From: Heterodontus francisci
Taxonomy: Eukaryota
DNA: 64,000 nucleotides
Direction of reading: 5' to 3'
NCBI RefSeq assembly: GCF_036365525.1
Contig: NW_027140485.1
Location: 992,001-1,056,000, forward strand
Shown here: one piece after another, positions 49,901-61,900 of the stretch
Position numbering within the stretch: position 1 is the first letter of the stretch
Layout: every line of letters begins with the position of its first letter
Notes under the pieces: model-generated
What the model was told of the DNA's origin: nothing
The model's database searches: none
The model's input: only the letters and a program-made list of their open reading frames with translations
Translations under genes and position numbers: made by a program

Positions 49901-52900
49901 GGGTATAGCCAGGAAATGTTGGGGTACAGAAGTGACAATGGTGGGGTACAGCTATGACAATGGTGGGGTACAGCTGTTACAATGGTGGGTATAGCCAGGA
50001 AATGTTGGGGTACAGCTGTGAAAATGGTGGGGTACAGCTGTGGCTAAGGTGGGGTATAGCTGTGGAAATGGTGGGGTATAGCCAGGAAATGTTGGGGTAT
50101 AGCTGTGACAATGGTGTGGTATAGCCAGGAAATGTTGGGGTACAGCTGTGGAAATGGTGGGGTGCAGCTGTGACAATGGTGGGGTATAGCCAGGAAATGT
50201 TGGGGTACAGCTGTGACGATGGTGGGGTATAGCCAGGAAATGTTGGGGTACAGCTGTGACAATGGTGGGGTATAGCCAGGAAATGTTGGGGTACAGCTGT
50301 GGAAATGGTGGGGTGCAGCTGTGACAATGGTGCGGTATAGCCAGGAAATGTTGGGTACAGCTGTGACGATGGTGGGGTATAGCCAGGAAATGTTGGGGTA
50401 CAGCTGGGACAATGGTGGGGTATAGCCAGGAAATGTTGGGGTACAGCTGTGGAAATGGTGGGGTGCAGCAGTGACAATGGTGGGTACAGCTGTGACAATG
50501 GTGGGGCATAGCCAGGAAATGTTGGGGTACAGCTGTGGAAATGGTGGGGCACAGCTGTGACAATGGTGGGGTATAGCCAGGAAATGTTGGGGTACAGCTG
50601 TGGAAATGGTGGGGTACAGCTGTGGAAATGTTGGGGTACAGCTGTGGAAATGGTGGGGTGCAGCTGTGGAAATGGTGGGGTACAGCTGTGGAAATGGTGG
50701 GGTACAGCTGTGGAAATGGTTGCGTACTGCCAGGAAATGGTGGGGTACAGCTGTGGAAATGGTGGGGGTACAACTGTGGAAATGGTGGGGTACAGCTGTG
50801 ACAATGGTGGGGTACAGCTGTGACAATGGTGGGGTATAGCCAAGAAATGTTGGGGTACAGCTGTGACAATAGTGGGGTACAGCTGTGACAATGGTGGGTA
50901 TAGCCAGGAAATGTTGGGGTACAGAAGTGACAATGGTGGGGAAGAGCCAGGAAATGTTGGGGTACGGCTGTGACAATGGTGGGTATAGCCAGGAAATGTT
51001 GGGGTACAGCTGTGACAATGGAGTGGTACAGCTGTGACAATGGTGGGTATAGCCAGGAAATGTTGGGGTACAGAAGTGACAATGGTGGTGTATAGCCAGG
51101 AAATGTTGGGGTACAGAAGTGACAATGGCGGAGCATAGCCAAGAAATGTTGGGGTACAGAAGTGACAATGGTGGGGTATAGCCAGGAAATGTTGGGGTAC
51201 AGCTGTGACAATGGTGGGTATAGCCAGGAAATGTTGGGGTACAGAAGTGACAATGGTGGGGTACAGCTATGACAATGGTGGGGTACAGCTGTGGAAATGG
51301 TGGGGCACAGCTGTGACAATGGTGGGGTGCAGCTGTGGAAATGGTGGGGTATAGCCAGGAAATGTTGGGGTACAGCTGTGGAAATTGTGGTGTGCAGCTG
51401 TGGAAATGGTGGGGTACAGCTGTGAAAATGGTGGAGTATAGCCAGGAAATGTTGGGGTACAGCGGTGGAAATGGTGGGGTACAGCTGTGGAATTGTTGGG
51501 GTACAGCTGTGGAAATGGTGGGGTGCAGCTGTGGAAATGGTGGGGTACAGCTGTGAAAATGGTGGAGTATAGCCAGGAAATGTTGGGGTACAGCGGTGGA
51601 AATGGTGGGGTACAGCTGTGGAATTGTTGGGGTACAGCTGTGGAAATGGTGGGGTGCAGCTGTGGAAATGGTGGGGTACAGCTGTGGAAATGGTGGCGTA
51701 TTGCCAGGAAATGGTGGGGTACAGCTGTGGAAATGGTGGTGGTACAACTGTGGAAATGGTGGGGTACAGGTGTGACAATGGTGGGGTACAGCTGTGACAA
51801 TGGTGGGATACAGCTGTGACAATGGTGGGTTTAGCCAGGAAATGTTGGGGTACAGCTGTGACAATGGTGGGGTACAGCTGTGACAATGGTGGGTAGAGCC
51901 AGGAAATGTTGGGGTACAGAAGTGACAATGGTGGGGTATAGCCAGGAAATGTTGGGGTACAGAAGTTACAATGGTGGGGTATAGCCAGGAAATGTTGGGG
52001 TACGGCTGTGACAATGGTGGGTATAGCCAGGAAATGTTGTGGTACAGCTGTGACAATAGTGGGGTACAGCTGTGACAATGGCGGGTATAGCCAGGAAATG
52101 TTGGGGTACAGCTGTGACAATGGTGGGGTACAGCTGTGACAATGGTGGGTATAGCCAGGAAATGTTGGGGTACAGAAGTGACAATGGTGGGGAAGAGCCA
52201 GGAAATGTTGGGGTACGGCTGTGACAATGGTGGGTATAGCCAGGAAATGTTGGGGTACAGCTGTGACAATGGTGTGGTACAGCTGTGACAATGGTGGGGT
52301 ATAGCCAGGAAATGTTGGGGTACAGAAGTGACAATGGCGGAGTATAGCCAGGAAATGTTGGGGTACAGAAGTGACAATGGTGGGGTATAGCCAGGAAATG
52401 TTGGGGTACAGCTGTGACAATGGTGGGTATAGCCAGGAAATGTTGGGGTACAGAAGTGACAATGGTGGGATACAGCTGTGAGAATGGTGGGATACAGCTG
52501 TGACAATGGTTGGGTACAACTGTGAAAATGGTGGGGTACAGCTGTGAAAATGGTTGGGTACAGCTGTGGAAATGATGGGGTACAGCTGTGGAAATGGTGG
52601 GGTACAGCCAGGAAATGGTGGGGTACAGCTGTGAAAATGGTTGGGTACAGCTGTGGAAATGATGGGGTACAACTGTGGAAATGGTGGGGTACAGCCTGGA
52701 AATGGTGGGGTACAGCTGTGAAAATGGTGGGGTACAGCTGTGAAAATGGTGGGGTGCATCTGTGTAAATGGTGGGGTGCATCTGTGTAAATGTTTGGGTA
52801 CAGCTGTGGAAATGGTGGGGTACAAATGTGAAAATGGTGGGGGACAGCCAGGAAATGGTGGGGTACAGCTATGAAAATGGTGGGGTACAGCTGTGACAAT

Positions 52901-55900
52901 GGTGGGATACAGCTGTGACAACGGTGGGGTACAGCTGTGACAATGGTGGGGTATAGCCAGGAAATGTTGGGGTACAGCTGTGGAAATGGTGGGGTGCAGC
53001 TGTGGAAATGGTGGGGCACAGCTGTGACAATGGTGGGGTATAGCCAGGAAATGTTGGGGTACAGCTGTGGAAATGGTGGGGTGCAGCTGTGGAAATGGTG
53101 GGGCACAGCTGTGACAATGGTGGGGTATAGCCAGGAAATGTTGGGGTACTGCTGTGGAAATGGTGGGGTACAGCTGTGGAAATGTTGGGGTACAGCTGTG
53201 GAAATGGTGGGGTGCAGCTGTGGAAATGGTGGGGTACAGCTGTGGAAATGGTTGCGTACTGCCAGGAAATGGTGGGGTACAGCTGTGGAAATGGTGGGGG
53301 TACAACTGTGGAAATGGTGGGGTACAGCTGTGACAATGGTGGGGTACAGCTGTGACAATGGTGGGGTATAGCCAGGAAATGTTGGGGTACAGCTGTGACA
53401 ATAGTGGGGTACAGCTGTGACGATGGTGGGGTATAGCCAGGAAATGTTGGGGTACAGCTGTGACAATGGTGGGGTATAGCCAGGAAATGTTGGGGTACAG
53501 CTGTGGAAATGGTGGGGTGCAGCTGTGACAATGGTGCGGTATAGCCAGGAAATGTTGGGTACAGCTGTGACGATGGTGGGGTATAGCCAGGAAATGTTGG
53601 GGTACAGCTGGGACAATGGTGGGGTATAGCCAGGAAATGTTGGGGTACAGCTGTGGAAATGGTGGGGTGCAGCTGTGACAATGGTGGGTACAGCTGTGAC
53701 AATGGTGGGGCATAGCCAGGAAATGTTGGGGTACAGCTGTGGAAATGGTGGGGCACAGCTGTGACAATGGTGGGGTATAGCCAGGAAATGTTGGGGTACA
53801 GCTGTGGAAATGGTGGGGTACAGCTGTGGAAATGTTGGGGTACAGCTGTGGAAATGGTGGGGTGCAGCTGTGGAAATGGTGGGGTACAGCTGTGGAAATG
53901 GTTGCGTACTGCCAGGAAATGGTGGGGTACAGCTGTGGAAATGGTGGGGGTACAACTGTGGAAATGGTGGGGTACAGCTGTGACAATGGTGGGGTACAGC
54001 TGTGACAATGGTGGGGTATAGCCAAGAAATGTTGGGGTACAGCTGTGACAATAGTGGGGTACAGCTGTGACAATGGTGGGTATAGCCAGGAAATGTTGGG
54101 GTACAGAAGTGACAATGGTGGGGAAGAGCCAGGAAATGTTGGGGTACGGCTGTGACAATGGTGGGTATAGCCAGGAAATGTTGGGGTACAGCTGTGACAA
54201 TGGAGTGGTACAGCTGTGACAATGGTGGGTATAGCCAGGAAATGTTGGGGTACAGAAGTGACAATGGTGGTGTATAGCCAGGAAATGTTGGGGTACAGAA
54301 GTGACAATGGCGGAGCATAGCCAAGAAATGTTGGGGTACAGAAGTGACAATGGTGGGGTATAGCCAGGAAATGTTGGGGTACAGCTGTGACAATGGTGGG
54401 TATAGCCAGGAAATGTTGGGGTACAGAAGTGACAATGGTGGGGTACAGCTATGACAATGGTGGGGTACAGCTGTGGAAATGGTGGGGCACAGCTGTGACA
54501 ATGGTGGGGTGCAGCTGTGGAAATGGTGGGGTATAGCCAGGAAATGTTGGGGTACAGCTGTGAAAATTGTGGTGTGCAGCTGTGGAAATGGTGGGGTACA
54601 GCTGTGAAAATGGTGGAGTATAGCCAGGAAATGTTGGGGTACAGCGGTGGAAATGGTGGGGTACAGCTGTGGAATTGTTGGGGTACAGCTGTGGAAATGG
54701 TGGGGTGCAGCTGTGGAAATGGTGGGGTACAGCTGTGGAAATGGTGGCGTATTGCCAGGAAATGGTGGGGTACAGCTGTGGAAATGGTGGTGGTACAACT
54801 GTGGAAATGGTGGGGTACAGGTGTGACAATGGTGGGGTACAGCTGTGACAATGGTGGGATACAGCTGTGACAATGGTGGGTTTAGCCAGGAAATGTTGGG
54901 GTACAGCTGTGACAATGGTGGGGTACAGCTGTGACAATGGTGGGTATAGCCAGGAAATGTTGGGGTACAGAAGTGACAATGGTGGGGAAGAGCCAGGAAA
55001 TGTTGGGGTACGGCTGTGACAATGGTGGGTATAGCCAGGAAATGTTGGGGTACAGCTGTGACAATGGTGTGGTACAGCTGTGACAATGGTGGGGTATAGC
55101 CAGGAAATGTTGGGGTACAGAAGTGACAATGGCGGAGTATAGCCAGGAAATGTTGGGGTACAGAAGTGACAATGGTGGGGTATAGCCAGGAAATGTTGGG
55201 GTACAGCTGTGACAATGGTGGGTATAGCCAGGAAATGTTGGGGTACAGAAGTGACAATGGTGGGATACAGCTGTGAGAATGGTGGGATACAGCTGTGACA
55301 ATGGTTGGGTACAACTGTGAAAATGGTGGGGTACAGCTGTGAAAATGGTTGGGTACAGCTGTGGAAATGATGGGGTACAGCTGTGGAAATGGTGGGGTAC
55401 AGCCAGGAAATGGTGGGGTACAGCTGTGAAAATGGTTGGGTACAGCTGTGGAAATGATGGGGTACAACTGTGGAAATGGTGGGGTACAGCCTGGAAATGG
55501 TGGGGTACAGCTGTGAAAATGGTGGGGTACAGCTGTGAAAATGGTGGGGTGCATCTGTGTAAATGGTGGGGTGCATCTGTGTAAATGTTTGGGTACAGCT
55601 GTGGAAATGGTGGGGTACAAATGTGAAAATGGTGGGGGACAGCCAGGAAATGGTGGGGTACAGCTATGAAAATGGTGGGGTACAGCTGTGACAATGGTGG
55701 GATACAGCTGTGACAACGGTGGGGTACAGCTGTGACAATGGTGGGGTATAGCCAGGAAATGTTGGGGTACAGCTGTGGAAATGGTGGGGTGCAGCTGTGG
55801 AAATGGTGGGGCACAGCTGTGACAATGGTGGGGTATAGCCAGGAAATGTTGGGGTACAGCTGTGGAAATGGTGGGGTGCAGCTGTGGAAATGGTGGGGCA

Positions 55901-58900
55901 CAGCTGTGACAATGGTGGGGTATAGCCAGGAAATGTTGGGGTACTGCTGTGGAAATGGTGGGGTACAGCTGTGGAAATGTTGGGGTACAGCTGTGGAAAT
56001 GGTGGGGTGCAGCTGTGGAAATGGTGGGGTACAGCTGTGGAAATGGTTGCGTACTGCCAGGAAATGGTGGGGTACAGCTGTGGAAATGGTGGGGGTACAA
56101 CTGTGGAAATGGTGGGGTACAGCTGTGACAATGGTGGGGTACAGCTGTGACAATGGTGGGGTATAGCCAGGAAATGTTGGGGTACAGCTGTGACAATAGT
56201 GGGGTACAGCTGTGACGATGGTGGGGTATAGCCAGGAAATGTTGGGGTACAGCTGTGACAATGGTGGGGTATAGCCAGGAAATGTTGGGGTACAGCTGTG
56301 GAAATGGTGGGGTGCAGCTGTGACAATGGTGCGGTATAGCCAGGAAATGTTGGGTACAGCTGTGACGATGGTGGGGTATAGCCAGGAAATGTTGGGGTAC
56401 AGCTGGGACAATGGTGGGGTATAGCCAGGAAATGTTGGGGTACAGCTGTGGAAATGGTGGGGTGCAGCTGTGACAATGGTGGGTACAGCTGTGACAATGG
56501 TGGGGCATAGCCAGGAAATGTTGGGGTACAGCTGTGGAAATGGTGGGGCACAGCTGTGACAATGGTGGGGTATAGCCAGGAAATGTTGGGGTACAGCTGT
56601 GGAAATGGTGGGGTACAGCTGTGGAAATGTTGGGGTACAGCTGTGGAAATGGTGGGGTGCAGCTGTGGAAATGGTGGGGTACAGCTGTGGAAATGGTTGC
56701 GTACTGCCAGGAAATGGTGGGGTACAGCTGTGGAAATGGTGGGGGTACAACTGTGGAAATGGTGGGGTACAGCTGTGACAATGGTGGGGTACAGCTGTGA
56801 CAATGGTGGGGTATAGCCAAGAAATGTTGGGGTACAGCTGTGACAATAGTGGGGTACAGCTGTGACAATGGTGGGTATAGCCAGGAAATGTTGGGGTACA
56901 GAAGTGACAATGGTGGGGAAGAGCCAGGAAATGTTGGGGTACGGCTGTGACAATGGTGGGTATAGCCAGGAAATGTTGGGGTACAGCTGTGACAATGGAG
57001 TGGTACAGCTGTGACAATGGTGGGTATAGCCAGGAAATGTTGGGGTACAGAAGTGACAATGGTGGTGTATAGCCAGGAAATGTTGGGGTACAGAAGTGAC
57101 AATGGCGGAGCATAGCCAAGAAATGTTGGGGTACAGAAGTGACAATGGTGGGGTATAGCCAGGAAATGTTGGGGTACAGCTGTGACAATGGTGGGTATAG
57201 CCAGGAAATGTTGGGGTACAGAAGTGACAATGGTGGGGTACAGCTATGACAATGGTGGGGTACAGCTGTGGAAATGGTGGGGCACAGCTGTGACAATGGT
57301 GGGGTGCAGCTGTGGAAATGGTGGGGTATAGCCAGGAAATGTTGGGGTACAGCTGTGAAAATTGTGGTGTGCAGCTGTGGAAATGGTGGGGTACAGCTGT
57401 GAAAATGGTGGAGTATAGCCAGGAAATGTTGGGGTACAGCGGTGGAAATGGTGGGGTACAGCTGTGGAATTGTTGGGGTACAGCTGTGGAAATGGTGGGG
57501 TGCAGCTGTGGAAATGGTGGGGTACAGCTGTGGAAATGGTGGCGTATTGCCAGGAAATGGTGGGGTACAGCTGTGGAAATGGTGGTGGTACAACTGTGGA
57601 AATGGTGGGGTACAGGTGTGACAATGGTGGGGTACAGCTGTGACAATGGTGGGATACAGCTGTGACAATGGTGGGTTTAGCCAGGAAATGTTGGGGTACA
57701 GCTGTGACAATGGTGGGGTACAGCTGTGACAATGGTGGGTAGAGCCAGGAAATGTTGGGGTACAGAAGTGACAATGGTGGGGTATAGCCAGGAAATGTTG
57801 GGGTACAGAAGTTACAATGGTGGGGTATAGCCAGGAAATGTTGGGGTACGGCTGTGACAATGGTGGGTATAGCCAGGAAATGTTGTGGTACAGCTGTGAC
57901 AATAGTGGGGTACAGCTGTGACAATGGCGGGTATAGCCAGGAAATGTTGGGGTACAGCTGTGACAATGGTGGGGTACAGCTGTGACAATGGTGGGTATAG
58001 CCAGGAAATGTTGGGGTACAGAAGTGACAATGGTGGGGAAGAGCCAGGAAATGTTGGGGTACGGCTGTGACAATGGTGGGTATAGCCAGGAAATGTTGGG
58101 GTACAGCTGTGACAATGGTGTGGTACAGCTGTGACAATGGTGGGGTATAGCCAGGAAATGTTGGGGTACAGAAGTGACAATGGCGGAGTATAGCCAGGAA
58201 ATGTTGGGGTACAGAAGTGACAATGGTGGGGTATAGCCAGGAAATGTTGGGGTACAGCTGTGACAATGGTGGGTATAGCCAGGAAATGTTGGGGTACAGA
58301 AGTGACAATGGTGGGATACAGCTGTGAGAATGGTGGGATACAGCTGTGACAATGGTTGGGTACAACTGTGAAAATGGTGGGGTACAGCTGTGAAAATGGT
58401 TGGGTACAGCTGTGGAAATGATGGGGTACAGCTGTGGAAATGGTGGGGTACAGCCAGGAAATGGTGGGGTACAGCTGTGAAAATGGTGGGGTACAGCTGT
58501 GAAAATGGTTGGGTACAGCTGTGGAAATGATGGGGTACAACTGTGGAAATGGTGGGGTACAGCCTGGAAATGGTGGGGTACAGCTGTGAAAATGGTGGGG
58601 TACAGCTGTGAAAATGGTGGGGTGCATCTGTGTAAATGGTGGGGTGCATCTGTGTAAATGTTTGGGTACAGCTGTGGAAATGGTGGGGTACAAATGTGAA
58701 AATGGTGGGGGACAGCCAGGAAATGGTGGGGTACAGCTATGAAAATGGTGGGGTACAGCTGTGACAATGGTGGGATACAGCTGTGACAACGGTGGGGTAC
58801 AGCTGTGACAATGGTGGGGTATAGCCAGGAAATGTTGGGGTACAGCTGTGGAAATGGTGGGGTGCAGCTGTGGAAATGGTGGGGCACAGCTGTGACAATG

Positions 58901-61900
58901 GTGGGGTATAGCCAGGAAATGTTGGGGTACAGCTGTGGAAATGGTGGCGTGCAGCTGTGGAAATGGTGGGGCACAGCTGTGACAATGGTGGGGTATAGCC
59001 AGGAAATGTTGGGGTACAGCTGTGGAAATGGTGGGGTACAGCTGTGGAAATGTTGGGGTACAGCTGTGGAAATGGTGGGGTGCAGCTGTGGAAATGGTGG
59101 GGTACAGCTGTGGAAATGGTTGCGTACTGCCAGGAAATGGTGGGGTACAGCTGTGGAAATGGTGGGGGTACAACTGTGGAAATGGTGGGGTACAGCTGTG
59201 ACAATGGTGGGGTACAGCTGTGACAATGGTGGGTTTAGCCAGGAAATGTTGGGGTACAGCTGTGACAATGGTGGGGTACAGCTGTGACAATGGTGGGTAG
59301 AGCCAGGAAATGTTGGGGTACAGAAGTGACAATGGTGGGGTATAGCCAGGAAATGTTGGGGTACGGCTGTGACAATGGTGGGTATAGCCAGGAAATGTTG
59401 TGGTACAGCTGTGACAATAGTGGGGTACAGCTGTGACAATGGCGGGTATAGCCAGGAAATGTTGGGGTACAGCTGTGACAATGGTGGGGTACAGCTGTGA
59501 CAATGGTGGGTATAGCCAGGAAATGTTGGGGTACAGAAGTGACAATGGTGGGGAAGAGCCAGGAAATGTTGGGGTACGGCTGTGACAATGGTGTGGTACA
59601 GCTGTGACAATGGTGGGTATAGCCAGGAAATGTTGGGGTACAGCTGTGACAATGGTGTGGTACAGCTGTGACAATGGTGGGGTATAGCCAGGAAATGTTG
59701 GGGTACAGAAGTGACAATGGCGGAGTATAGCCAGGAAATGTTGGGGTACAGAAGTGACAATGGTGGGGTATAGCCAGGAAATGTTGGGGTACAGCTGTGA
59801 CAATGGTGGGTATAGCCAGGAAATGTTGGGGTACAGAAGTGACAATGGTGGGGTACAGCTATGACAATGGTGGGGTACAGCTGTTACAATGGTGGGTATA
59901 GCCAGGAAATGTTGGGGTACAGAAGTGACAATGGTGGGGTACAGCTATGACAATGGTGGGGTACAGCTGTTACAATGGTGGGTATAGCCAGGAAATGTTG
60001 GGGTACAGAAGTGACAATGGTGGGGTATAGCCAGGAAATGTTGGGGTACAGAAGTGACAATGGTGGGATACAGCTGTGAGAATGGTGGGATACAGCTGTG
60101 ACAATGGTTGGGTACAACTGTGAAAATGGTGGGGTACAGCTGTGAAAATGGTTGGGTACAGCTGTGGAAATGATGGGGTACAGCTGTGGAAATGTTGGGG
60201 TACAGCCAGGAAATGGTGGGGTACAGCTGTGAAAATGGTGGGGTACAGCTGTGAAAATGGTGGGGTGCATCTGTGTAAATGGTGGGGTGCATCTGTGTAA
60301 ATGTTTGGGTACAGCTGTGGAAATGGTGGGGTACAAATGTGAAAATGGTGGGGGACAGCCAGGAAATGGTGGGGTACAGCTGTGAAAATGGTGGGGTACA
60401 GCTGTGACAATGGTGGGATACAGCTGTGACAACGGTGGGGTACAGCTGTGACAATGGTGGGGTATAGCCAGGAAATGTTGGGGTACAGCTGTGGAAATGG
60501 TGGGGTGCAGCTGTGGAAATGGTGGGGCACAGCTGTGACAATGGTGGGGTATAGCCAGGAAATGTTGGGGTACAGCTGTGGAAATGGTGGGGTGCAGCTG
60601 TGGAAATGGTGGGGCACAGCTGTGACAATGGTGGGGTATAGCCAGGAAATGTTGGGGTACAGCTGTGGAAATGGTGGGGTACAGCTGTGGAAATGTTGGG
60701 GTACAGCTGTGGAAATGGTGGGGTGCAGCTGTGGAAATGGTGGGGTACAGCTGTGGAAATGGTTGCGTACTGCCAGGAAATGGTGGGGTACAGCTGTGGA
60801 AATGGTGGGGGTACAACTGTGGAAATGGTGGGGTACAGCTGTGACAATGGTGGGGTACAGCTGTGACAATGGTGGGGTATAGCCAGGAAATGTTGGGGTA
60901 CAGCTGTGACAATAGTGGGGTACAGCTGTGACAATGGCGGATATAGCCAGGAAATGTTGGGGTACAGCTGTGACAATGGTGGGGTACAGCTGTGACAATG
61001 GTGGGTATAGACAGGAAATGTTGGGGTACAGAAGTGACAATGGTGTGGTACAGCTGTGACAATGGTGGGTATAGCCAGGAAATGTTGGGGAACAGCTGTG
61101 ACAATGGTGGGTATAGCCAGGAAATGTTGGGGTACAGAAGTGACAATGGTGGGGTACAGCTGTGACAATGGTGGGGTATAGCCAGGAAATGTTGGGGTAC
61201 AGCTGTGACAATAGTGGGGTACAGCTGTGACAATGGCGGGTATAGCCAGGAAATGTTGGGGTACAGCTGTGACAATGGTGGGTATAGCCAGGAAATGTTG
61301 GGGTACAGAAGTGACAATGGTGGGGAAGAGCCAGGAAATGTTGGGGTACGGCTGTGACAATGGTGGATATAGCCAGGAAATGTTGGGGTACAGCTGTGAC
61401 AATGGTGTGGTACAGCTGTGACAATGGTGGGTATAGCCAGGAAATGTTGGGGTACAGAAGTGACAATGGTGGTGTATAGCCAGGAAATGTTGGGGTACAG
61501 AAGTGACAATGGTGGGGTATAGCCTGGAAATGTTGGGGTACAGCTGTGACAATGGTGGGTATAGCCAGGAAATGTTGGGGTACAGCTGTGACAATGGTGG
61601 GTATAGCCAGGAAATGTTGGGGTACAGAAGTGACAATGGTGGGGTACAGCTATGACAATGGTGGGGTACAGCTGTGGAAATGGTGGGGCACAGCTGTGAC
61701 AATGGTGGGGTGCAGCTGTGGAAATGGTGGGGCACAGCTGTGACAATGGTGGGGTACAGCCAGGAAATGTTGGGGTACAGCTGTGGAAATGGTGGGGTGC
61801 AGCTGTGGAAATGGTGGGGCACAGCTGTGAAAATGGTGGAGTATAGCCAGGAAATGTTGGGGTACAGCTGTGGAAATGGTGGGGTACAGCTGTGGAAATG